Below, one piece after another: positions 28,779 through 37,260 of a stretch of DNA of 64,000 nt (positions are counted from its first letter, which is position 1; each line of letters starts with the position of its first letter). The position numbers and the translations under genes are program-made. The notes under the pieces were generated by a model. It made no database searches. It was not told the DNA's origin and saw only the letters and a list, made by a program, of their open reading frames with translations. The stretch is from positions 81,123 to 145,122 of IMG/VR virus record IMGVR_UViG_3300010049_000011; one strand, given 5' to 3'. This DNA is from a virus (taxonomy: Duplodnaviria > Caudoviricetes).

Positions 28779-30167
28779 ATGTGTGTTATGAACTATAGAG
28801 AAATAAGCTCGGACTTACAGATCTGCGTAAACGGGCAGAAGAAACAATACGCAGATTCTATCCAACTTATAGCCTCAGAGAATTACCCAAGTCAAGCAGT
28901 TCTCGATCTCATGGGTAGTTGTCTGTCTGCAAAATATTCCGAAGGATATCCAGGTAAAAGACATTACGGAGGTTGCTCGATAGTTGATGAAGTTGAGCAA
29001 TTCGCAATAGACAAGGCGTGTGAGTTGTTTAAATGTGATTATGCGAACGTCCAACCTTGGAGCGGAAGCCAAGCCAATCAGGCGGTGTACTTAGCTTTCC
29101 TAAAACCGCATGAAGTTATACTGTCTATGTCTTTGTCTAGCGGAGCTCACTTAACTCACGGAAGCAGGTTTACTTCCTCCGGTAAGTTTTATGTTCACAA
29201 GGAGTTTGATCTTGACGAGAATAACGAGATAAGCATGATTCTTTTGAGTAAGTCTCTAAAGGAACACCAACCACGTATGCTAATCATGGGGTACTCTGCG
29301 TACTCCCGAAAGATTAGCTTCGCACAAGTGCGTGAAGAGGTTGATCGCCACAACACTTGGTTGTGGTTGCACTTAAAAGAGATGTCTATCGGTATAGAGG
29401 AAGCGATCGTAGAGGAAACTTACGAGAGTAAGAAATGTCTCTTGATGGTCGATATGGCCCACTTTGCGGGTATAGTAGCAGCCTCCACCCGCACGAACGT
29501 TCAAGATCTGTTAAACGACGCAAACCTGTTGTGGGAAGATGAATGTCTCCCGTTCCCCTATGCAGACGTCGTGACTAGCACAACCCACAAGACTTTAAGA
29601 GGGCCGAGAGGAGGCCTTATTCTCTGGAACGATGAATCCTTTACTAACAAGATAAACCATGCAGTATTTCCAGGCATCCAAGGAGGAGCCAACCAAGCAA
29701 CAATAGCAGCGAAGGCCCAGTGTTTTATAGAGGCCCTGGACTCTGAGTTTAAAAGATATATAAACAACGTTCTCAGGAACACCCAGGCCTTAATCAGAGG
29801 ATTGCTCAGTACTGACGATAGGCTGAAGGTAGTGACTGGGGGTTCTGACAACCACATGATTTTGTTGGACTTGAAAGGGATTAACTTACTGGGGTCGGAC
29901 GCTGAGTCCGCATTGGAATCTGTAGACATCATCTGCAATAAGAATTTAATGCCGGGAGACAAGAAACCCGCTGAATCTTCTGCTATACGTTTAGGGACAG
30001 CCGCTATGACTTCGCGAGGGTTCACAGAACAAGTGTTCGAGGACTTAGGAGTTGTGATTGCCAAAGTGTTAGCGAAAGCTGCAGGAAGATGTCTCTTCTA
30101 CGAGGATAAGACCGTTTACTCGAGACAGGTTGCTGGTTGGGTTAAAGAGTTCCCGTTGGAGTATTGA
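28779..30167 (+). CDS. glyA: Serine hydroxymethyltransferase
   Basis: LIASENY, KYSEGYPGKRHYGG, NVQPWSGSQAN, GAHLTHG, DMAHFAG, TTHKTLRGPRGG, VFPGIQGG, IRLGTAAMTSRG; two insertions near the DMAH motif; start is 28779 or 28788. Confidence 0.97.
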   Translation: MCVMNYREISSDLQICVNGQKKQYADSIQLIASENYPSQAVLDLMGSCLSAKYSEGYPGKRHYGGCSIVDEVEQFAIDKACELFKCDYANVQPWSGSQANQAVYLAFLKPHEVILSMSLSSGAHLTHGSRFTSSGKFYVHKEFDLDENNEISMILLSKSLKEHQPRMLIMGYSAYSRKISFAQVREEVDRHNTWLWLHLKEMSIGIEEAIVEETYESKKCLLMVDMAHFAGIVAASTRTNVQDLLNDANLLWEDECLPFPYADVVTSTTHKTLRGPRGGLILWNDESFTNKINHAVFPGIQGGANQATIAAKAQCFIEALDSEFKRYINNVLRNTQALIRGLLSTDDRLKVVTGGSDNHMILLDLKGINLLGSDAESALESVDIICNKNLMPGDKKPAESSAIRLGTAAMTSRGFTEQVFEDLGVVIAKVLAKAAGRCLFYEDKTVYSRQVAGWVKEFPLEY

Positions 30168-30344
30168 ATAATGTGCTACGATGTATTTTGGTGCCCTATG
30201 TGTCGAGGTTCTGGTAAGATCTTGAGTTGCGACGTGTTCTCGTTCTTATGCGGGCCGAGATTCGAAGTATGTACGTTCTGTCGTACCTGGAGTGGTTGAT
30301 TGTGTTCTGAGTTATATTGAACAACCGTGTAAAGGAGGAAAATA

Positions 30345-31493
30345 ATGCCGTTTAAATTTGCAGAAAAGAAGTATATCCACCGAAACGCAGACACTCTGAT
30401 CGTGGATATCGTGAAGGACTTGAGAGAGATAGACGATGTCCAACAGTCCCGCCTCGGAGATTACACCAAGGAGATTCTCGGGGCCTCCTCTGTCTTGACC
30501 GATGCCCGGAATGTGTGGCAGACCAATAAGGGGAGGAAATATAATTTTATCCACGCCATCGCAGAAACTGTCTGGATGCTATCCGGGAACAAGGATCTAG
30601 ACTTCCTTGAAAAGTTTCTTCCACAGTGTCGAGCGTTCTCGGATGATGGGTTACATTGGCGTAGTTGTTACGGTCCGAGAATCCGTAATTGGGTCGGAAG
30701 GAACGATAACAACTACTGTCGTAAAGGAGAACCCGAAGAAATGGTTCTCGACCAGTGGAAAAATGCTATAGAAGAACTCCAAACGCGACCGGACTCTCGA
30801 CAAGCTATAGTTCAGATATGGGATCCTTGTGTTTGTGGAGATTTCCGTGGCCGCGAGAAAGTTCTCGACAGGGCGTGTAACCGCAGTGTTGACTTCAAAC
30901 TGCGGGATAACAAACTGTCTATATTTATTGAAAACAGGAGCAACGACGTCTACTGGGGGTTGTCTTCCATAAATCTTGTTGAGTTCAGTATAATGCTCCA
31001 ACTAACCGCCTCCGTACTCGGTTGCGAGTTAGGGCACCAACAACACGATTCGAGATCTCTCCACGTCTATAACAGGCATTTCGATAAAATTGAAGAGTTA
31101 CTGACGGACAAAGAATTGCTCGAAGATTTTAGCATATCCAACACTGAGGGGGATTCTTGTAATTTTGAAAAGTTGCCGAACTTCGCGACACTATCAGATA
31201 TATTGGATCTTACGTATAAGAACATTGAACATGCAACGAAGAATCCTGGGAGGAAACATTTACTGGAACCTAACGACCTCTTGGAGGGACGTAGGGAAGA
31301 TAAACTGTCCGAATATGCGAAGCTCTACCCCAATATAGTATATACTTTAAACATCCCTGTGTTGAAGTACGTTGAGGAAGATTCCCTCCGCGGAGAAGTC
31401 TTCGGCCTTATGAACAGGAATCTACACCCTGCCTTGAAAATCCTCCTCGAAAGGAAGTACTTGAAGGTAGACGCAGTTATTATCGGGGGTTAG
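30345..31493 (+). CDS. Thymidylate-synthase-fold dUMP hydroxymethylase (predicted)
   Basis: YGPRIR, DSRQA..IWDP, catalytic ACN, RSNDVYWG...N (Asn = dUMP specificity), SLHVY; divergent from canonical ThyA. Confidence 0.8.
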   Translation: MPFKFAEKKYIHRNADTLIVDIVKDLREIDDVQQSRLGDYTKEILGASSVLTDARNVWQTNKGRKYNFIHAIAETVWMLSGNKDLDFLEKFLPQCRAFSDDGLHWRSCYGPRIRNWVGRNDNNYCRKGEPEEMVLDQWKNAIEELQTRPDSRQAIVQIWDPCVCGDFRGREKVLDRACNRSVDFKLRDNKLSIFIENRSNDVYWGLSSINLVEFSIMLQLTASVLGCELGHQQHDSRSLHVYNRHFDKIEELLTDKELLEDFSISNTEGDSCNFEKLPNFATLSDILDLTYKNIEHATKNPGRKHLLEPNDLLEGRREDKLSEYAKLYPNIVYTLNIPVLKYVEEDSLRGEVFGLMNRNLHPALKILLERKYLKVDAVIIGG

Positions 31494-31514
31494 GTTGGAA
31501 TTATTCTAGCGTCT

Positions 31515-32057
31515 ATGAAGACTTTGATCGTAAACATATTTGGTTCTCCGGGAGTAGGAAAGAGCTCCTTCGCGGCAGATCTGTTCGCACGTCTTAAGTA
31601 CTCTGGAATATCCTCAGAACTAGTCACAGAATACGCTAAGAGGTTGGTGTGGGAGGAAGACTGGAGAGGGTTAAGAAACCAACTCCAGATCCTCTCTGAA
31701 GCCGTCCGTACCCTTGAAACTTTGGATGGTAAAGTAAGGGTTATTGTGAACGAGCAATGTGTATTGAATTCTATCGTTTTCGTAACTCCCGAGTCCAGGA
31801 TCAATACAGATTACTTTGCCCAATATGTACTATCTCTAGACGAGAAATATGGCGGACTCAACTTCTTCGTCGACAGGGAACCTGTGTTCACAGAAGAAGG
31901 TGCTCGCGTTCAGAAGACTAAAGAAGAATCTGACATGCTAAAGGAGAGAATTTTAGGAGTCCTTGATATGTCAAAAAGACCCTACGAGAGGGTCTCTTCT
32001 TGTGACAGCATGTTCGATGTGGTTATAGGACTCTTAGAGAACGATACCTTCGTCTGA
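31515..32057 (+). CDS. AAA_28-like P-loop kinase/ATPase
   Basis: NIFGSPGVGKS...ELVTEYAK.LVWE...RVQ..EES. Confidence 0.75.
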   Translation: MKTLIVNIFGSPGVGKSSFAADLFARLKYSGISSELVTEYAKRLVWEEDWRGLRNQLQILSEAVRTLETLDGKVRVIVNEQCVLNSIVFVTPESRINTDYFAQYVLSLDEKYGGLNFFVDREPVFTEEGARVQKTKEESDMLKERILGVLDMSKRPYERVSSCDSMFDVVIGLLENDTFV

Positions 32058-32390
32058 CATCTCTTTCCTCATCCTTATTTCGTCTTCTCTTACTTGGAGC
32101 TCTATGTCTAAGAGTTGTTTGATTCTCTGCGATTCTGGGTGTCCTTCATCTTGGGCCACGTCGAACGCTGCAGTGAGTAGGAGTATATTCTTCCACTCAC
32201 ACTGGTCCAGTACATCCCTCTTTTCTTCTCCTAAAGCACACCCAAGACCTAATATTGTGTTCTCGTAGGAATAAAAGTGTCCTATAATAAGAGCACCGAA
32301 GTCGTGAGACATGTCTGGAACGTCGTAAAACTTAGATTTAACAGCTTCCACGAACCGTTTGTTGTCTACGCACAAGTATCTGTTCTTCAT
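32034..32390 (-). CDS. Hypothetical protein
   Basis: Minus-strand ORF with AGGAG SD filling a gap. Confidence 0.6.
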   Translation of the reverse strand: MKNRYLCVDNKRFVEAVKSKFYDVPDMSHDFGALIIGHFYSYENTILGLGCALGEEKRDVLDQCEWKNILLLTAAFDVAQDEGHPESQRIKQLLDIELQVREDEIRMRKEMSDEGIVL

Positions 32391-32434
32391 GAGGTTTCTC
32401 CTGTTTGGTTAGGGGCTAGAAGATTCTACTCAAT

Positions 32435-33052
32435 ATGGTTGTTATTAAACACGATTACGACGAATTCTGGTCTAGCTTTAACCAATTAGACCTTTTTAAG
32501 AAGACGTTGGACCCGAGATACACAGCAGACGAACTTAAACTAGTTCTTATGAAGTGGTGGAGATTTGACCGCAGACACGACCTAATAGCCACAGAGGTGG
32601 GTCGGGGAATAAACGCCGACGCTTTAGGGATAGATATTGCAGATCCCGCGAGAGGAGAGATTACAGAGTTCGAGGTGAAGGTTGACTTCGAAGACATGAA
32701 GGCCGATCGAGACAAGCCTAAACACAAGAGATATCTAATAACTAAGTCCGGACTTATTCCTGATTATTTTTACTACGTCGTCCCAGAAACTCTAGAGAGT
32801 AGAGCTAAGCGGTGGCTGGAGGATACCAACTGTCCTTACGGTCTTATTGTATATTGTCGATGTTCTCAGGCTCTGTATAGATATAAGACTTGTCCTAAAC
32901 TATGTAGTTCTCTCGAGAAACGTGCTGAGCTGTTTAGACAACTATGTTGTAGGGCCTCTAGCCAGTTAATCTCTAACAACCAAGACTACCTCGTAGAGAG
33001 AGATAAAACAAAGGAAATGGTTAAGGAACTTCTCAAAACCAAATTTATTTAA
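32435..33052 (+). CDS. PD-(D/E)xK nuclease-fold protein (MmcB-like)
   Basis: TEV....AD......EFEVKV...D..AD..K.KH...PDYFYYVVP...YGLI. Confidence 0.7.
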   Translation: MVVIKHDYDEFWSSFNQLDLFKKTLDPRYTADELKLVLMKWWRFDRRHDLIATEVGRGINADALGIDIADPARGEITEFEVKVDFEDMKADRDKPKHKRYLITKSGLIPDYFYYVVPETLESRAKRWLEDTNCPYGLIVYCRCSQALYRYKTCPKLCSSLEKRAELFRQLCCRASSQLISNNQDYLVERDKTKEMVKELLKTKFI

Positions 33053-33122
33053 TACCTTTGCTAGGTTCTTACTCTCACAACCAAATTTTCCACTTGCCTT
33101 TTGAAGAGAAGTACGCTATAGT
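33041..33122 (+). promoter_or_regulatory. Early sigma70-type promoter repeat, copy 3
   Basis: TTGCCT (33094) -17- TATAGT (33117); CTTTGCTAGG at 33056-33065. Confidence 0.85.
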
Positions 33123-33158
33123 TGAAGGTATGAACAAAAAGAAAGGGATAGGGTTGAC

Positions 33159-34311
33159 ATGGCTATAAAGTATTACAAAGTTGGTGGTTGTGTTCGAGAC
33201 GGAATCATACGAGAAGTCCATAAAGATTTAATTATACCCGTTAAGGGGGGATATCGACTGTGTTGTAACAGGAGCCACTCCTCAACACATGTTGGACAAC
33301 GGGTTCGCTCGCGTCGGTAAGGATTTCCCTGTGTTCTTAGACGACGTGGGAAACCAAATAGCTCTCGCCAGAACAGAGAGAAGTACCGTAGAGTCCAACA
33401 CAGATTTCGATTTTGATTACAACCCCGAAGTCACTATCGAGGAAGATCTATTCCGCAGGGATTTTACCATGAACGCAATAGCTGTCGAGTGTGTCGGAGA
33501 ATTTGAAGCTCCCAAGGAGATTGATCCTTACGGAGGGAGAGAGGATATAAAGAACAAAACAATACGACACGTTAGCAAACATTTCTGTGAAGATCCTTTG
33601 AGAGTTTTGAGAGCCTATAGATTCTCTGCTCAATTAGGTTTTAGTATACATGAAGACACGAGAAAATTGTGCCGGAAGATGGTGAAAGATAAGGCCCTCT
33701 CCTCCTTGTCTAAGGAAAGAATAATCGAGGAGATTTATAAAATCTTTACACAACACTTCTCTACTGCCGGGACCTTGCGGTACATGCTTGAGGACAAAGT
33801 GTTCGATGCCCTTGGGATTATGAATTCTTCGGTAGGAGACGACGCAATCGAGAAGGTCCTATACAACGAAGACTTAGTTTCCGAACAGAAGCTCGTTTTA
33901 TTTTTGAAGTCGTGCGATAGAAATTTTAATAGCTATTTCTTTTCCGAGAGAGGTTACAAGACAGACACTTGTACTCTGTATGAGGATGCCCAGCAGGATT
34001 TCTATAGCAACATAGTGAACGCTGTTGAAACTGTGACTAACGGTTTTCAAGGGCCTTTGAGGATTGAGAGGGTCTTACCTGTTGTCTCTGCCTTTTTCCA
34101 TGAAGACAAACACAACTCGCTTATTACGAAACACCTGAGGAAGATCCAGCTTGAATCCAAGGTCCTCTCCGTCTATAACGCGGGCAGGCTTATAACTTTC
34201 GATCTAATTCGTAAGACTTACTTTCCGAATATAGGGGATGTTACAAAATATCTAGATGTTATAAAGAAAAAGCGCCTAGATGTAATTTCTGAAGTATTAA
34301 CGGAGGACTGA
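33159..34311 (+). pseudogene. cca: CCA-adding tRNA nucleotidyltransferase with a +1 frameshift in a G6 run (real or sequencing error)
   Basis: YKVGGCVRD is in the frame of ATG 33159. DIDCVV, VGKDFPVF, ALARTER, EDL.RRDFTMNAIA and EDPLRVLRAYRF are in the +1 frame after GGGGGG at 33245-33250. Confidence 0.85.
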
Positions 34312-34418
34312 GGCGGTTAACAACACTGTCCGCTTAGGTGCTGGAAGCGTCGGGAGATGTTCGTCAGCAAGATACCTTTCTACGCTACGTACTGATATAA
34401 CGTAGCGTAGAGGATTAC

Positions 34419-34793
34419 ATGACTGACTTAAGCGACCTAACACAACCTAAGAAATCCGAAGACACACTAATCCAGATAGACACTAAAGATCCACGTGATC
34501 TTATTGCTCATGCAGAAAGAGTGGCTCTAGAGAGAGGTCTGAAGGCATATATAAACATGATGCCTGCGATTGGGTACGATCATGATAAGGGGAAGTGGGT
34601 TGCTCCTTGGGAGTTAACCGTGGGAGGGGAACACCCTCAGGCCTATTTTTCCCTCGAGACTGAAGCATTCAGGACTCATGAAGAGTCTAAGAAGAGATGG
34701 GGAGAAGCTCACAACAACTTAGTTGAGGCTTATCAGAAGGACGAGGCTAGGAAAGAGTCTCTAGATACTCAGGAAGCAGAACCTTCGGAGTAG
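34419..34793 (+). CDS. Hypothetical protein
   Basis: ORF whose SD lies in the 3' arm of a 12-bp hairpin. Confidence 0.55.
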   Translation: MTDLSDLTQPKKSEDTLIQIDTKDPRDLIAHAERVALERGLKAYINMMPAIGYDHDKGKWVAPWELTVGGEHPQAYFSLETEAFRTHEESKKRWGEAHNNLVEAYQKDEARKESLDTQEAEPSE

Positions 34794-34830
34794 TTTCTTC
34801 TACCCATTCGAAATATAATGGAGGAAGTAC

Positions 34831-35097
34831 ATGCTTACACAAGCAACTCTTACGCTGTCGCTGAAAGATTTGAAGTCGAAGAAATCCGTGATTAAGGTAT
34901 TCCCTGATATAGATTTTCCGTGCGAGACTCTAGCGGAGGTCCGAGGGACCAAGCTGTACCAAGAATGGGTCAGGGCCGCAGCTCCTAAAGGGGACTTTCT
35001 GATTAACTCTACTCACCTGTCCTTAAAGATGCCTAAGCCTCCAACAAAAAGAGATTCTAGCGGGGATATAATCGACGTTAGGAATTCGGTGAGCTAG
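34831..35097 (+). CDS. Hypothetical protein
   Basis: ORF with GGAGG SD upstream of the helicase. Confidence 0.55.
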   Translation: MLTQATLTLSLKDLKSKKSVIKVFPDIDFPCETLAEVRGTKLYQEWVRAAAPKGDFLINSTHLSLKMPKPPTKRDSSGDIIDVRNSVS

Positions 35098-35098
35098 A

Positions 35099-36454
35099 TT
35101 GGTAGAGAAGAACTACAACGCGGACGAGGGGACTCAGAGGAAGATTTTAGGCCTTATAATCTCTGATAAGACTTACTTTCTTTCCACGGCGTCGGACACA
35201 ATAAAGGCTTCTTACTTTACCTCACAGATACATCAACTCATGTGTAGATGGGTTTTCGATTTTTACCAAAGATTCCCGGACAACCAGTGCACTGAATCTT
35301 TCCTTCAGGATATGCTAAAGAGGTATTCCACAACGTGTCGGTTCCGCTCAGACGTTTTAATGCGTTATGAAGAGGAGATAACTCTGATCTGCGAGTCGGA
35401 GATACTGGACGAGGACTACGTTAAAGAGCGGGTTCTTGAGTTCGCCAAAAGACAAGCGATGCACGAGGCTTTCCTGAAGTCCATAGAGATTTACGAGTCT
35501 CACGGAGAGACGGATAAAATAGAGCAAATCTGGAAAGAGGCCCTGTCTGTAGGAGGTGGGGATAATCTAGGAATAAACCTCCAAACAAGCCTTGAGGACT
35601 TCCCTGACAAATTAAAGAAGACATTTGATCGAGGGAGCCTGATTCAGACCCAGATTCCTGGGTTGGATGATTCTCTGTTAGGAGGAGTTGGAAAGGGAGA
35701 GCTACACATTCTGATGGCAGCGTCTGGAGGAGGAAAGTCGAAGGGTCTAGCTTACCTGACTAAGGCTGCCTTGTTACAATCTAAATCCGTCTTGCACATT
35801 ACCTTCGAAATATCTGAAGAGGAATCCCTAGCAAACATAGTGTCGTCGTTAACCGGTATGGGTTTGTTAGACCTAATAGATGAGGGAAAGAGAGAAGACT
35901 ACAAAAGGAGAGTCGAGAGATTCAAAAACCTCAACCTGAAACTGATGGTTAAAGAATTCCCGAACTATAGCGTCAACTGCAACAATCTCCGTGCTTACAT
36001 TATGAAGGTTATAAATAAGGAGAACTTTAAGCCGGATATAATCTTCCTAGACTATGCCGACCTTATCCTCCCGATAAAAAAGATTAAGAGTTCTGGGGAA
36101 GATAGTACCTACGAGGCCCTCGGGACGGTGTTTTACGATATAATAAACCTAGCAAAGACCTTTCAGGTTCCGATCTGGACTGCATCACAGACAAATAGAG
36201 GAGGGTGGAATTTGCAGGAGGAGGGTGTCATAACTATGGAGAACATAGCTGATAGTGCCCGCAAAGCCCACACGGCTCACTCCATAGTCACAATAAATAG
36301 CAACGCAACCGAGAAGAGGTTAGGTAAGGCCAGGCTGTACACAGCGAAGGTTAGACGAGGGAAGGACTTCCAGACCATACACGTGGACTTCGATAGGAAG
36401 AATTCGACAATAAAACAGATCGAGCCTTATACTGTAAAATCTCTCGAGGGATAG
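35099..36454 (+). CDS. Replicative DNA helicase (DnaB / T4 gp41-like)
   Basis: GG..KGEL....AASGGGKS, ITFE, IFLDYADL, IWTASQTNR, IADS..K, K.R.G. Confidence 0.92.
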   Translation: MVEKNYNADEGTQRKILGLIISDKTYFLSTASDTIKASYFTSQIHQLMCRWVFDFYQRFPDNQCTESFLQDMLKRYSTTCRFRSDVLMRYEEEITLICESEILDEDYVKERVLEFAKRQAMHEAFLKSIEIYESHGETDKIEQIWKEALSVGGGDNLGINLQTSLEDFPDKLKKTFDRGSLIQTQIPGLDDSLLGGVGKGELHILMAASGGGKSKGLAYLTKAALLQSKSVLHITFEISEEESLANIVSSLTGMGLLDLIDEGKREDYKRRVERFKNLNLKLMVKEFPNYSVNCNNLRAYIMKVINKENFKPDIIFLDYADLILPIKKIKSSGEDSTYEALGTVFYDIINLAKTFQVPIWTASQTNRGGWNLQEEGVITMENIADSARKAHTAHSIVTINSNATEKRLGKARLYTAKVRRGKDFQTIHVDFDRKNSTIKQIEPYTVKSLEG

Positions 36455-36456
36455 TT

Positions 36457-37053
36457 ATGGCTGTTGGGTTAGACATGCTTCTTCACAGGCCTAAGGAAAT
36501 TGGGAACATAAAGGTTCGCGACGTCCCGACAGAGAAATACACAAACAATAACTATAGTCGTAAAAACATTCTCTTAGGAGAACGTAGCGGGAATTCGACA
36601 TATCTTAGAGTATTAGGTTCGGTCCACTGGAATCGTGTTAAGTTTCCCTACCAGTCCTATGAGGTAGAACTTGAAGGAGGAGAGAAGATATACCTGTCTG
36701 GGAATCAAGAGGTTAGGACCGATCTCAGGGGGTGGGTCAGGGTTAAAGATCTCTACGAGGGAGAAGACCTGTATACATTCGAAGATTCGAAAAGATTCGG
36801 AAAGATATTTGAGAGGATAGAACATCACGGAGACTCAATCGAAGGCGCTTACGTCGCGATATCTAAAAACAGAGGCCTCCCCTTTAAATTAGAGAATGCT
36901 TTAGAGGAAGGAAAATCTATAGAAGAGTTTAGGGAGGAGAAGAAAGAGTTCTATAAAGACTGCCTCCAGAAAGCAATTGATTGGAGGAAGGACCAAGCTC
37001 TGAAGAAGTTTGAAAGTAAACTATACGGAGATGACAACGAAAACCATTATTAG
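36457..37053 (+). CDS. Protein with a degenerate Hint (IntN-like) domain
   Basis: YEVELEGGEKIYLSGNQEV.T..RGWVRVKDLYEGE resembles intein block B to N4 but lacks TxxH and the N-terminal Cys/Ser. Confidence 0.5.
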   Translation: MAVGLDMLLHRPKEIGNIKVRDVPTEKYTNNNYSRKNILLGERSGNSTYLRVLGSVHWNRVKFPYQSYEVELEGGEKIYLSGNQEVRTDLRGWVRVKDLYEGEDLYTFEDSKRFGKIFERIEHHGDSIEGAYVAISKNRGLPFKLENALEEGKSIEEFREEKKEFYKDCLQKAIDWRKDQALKKFESKLYGDDNENHY

Positions 37054-37071
37054 CTTTCCTAGGATTTTTAC

Positions 37072-37140
37072 TTTTATTTAATACCTTTGCTAGGTCAGTG
37101 AAATTTTTCACTTGCCTTTTGACAAGAAACAAGCTATAGT
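37072..37140 (+). promoter_or_regulatory. Early sigma70-type promoter repeat, copy 4 (short-spacing class)
   Basis: TTGCCT (37112) -17- TATAGT (37135); CTTTGCTAGG at 37085-37094. Confidence 0.85.
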
Positions 37141-37260
37141 TGGTTGTTGGGGAACAGTTCCCGAGAAAACAGAAAGGAGCACAAAGGGCAGGAAAGTATG
37201 GGAAGTATAGCCTTGAAAATTATTCTACGATTTATTTAACCGCAAGCAGAGGAGAGAACA

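Noticed and set aside
8297-30167. Bacterial chromosome origin suggested by groEL and glyA
   Set aside because: Both are divergent, embedded among phage genes, and glyA is behind the phage promoter repeat.
30345-31493. dCMP hydroxymethylase (cytosine modification)
   Set aside because: The specificity position after RSND..WG is Asn rather than Asp, and the partner genes are of the thymidine-hypermodification type.
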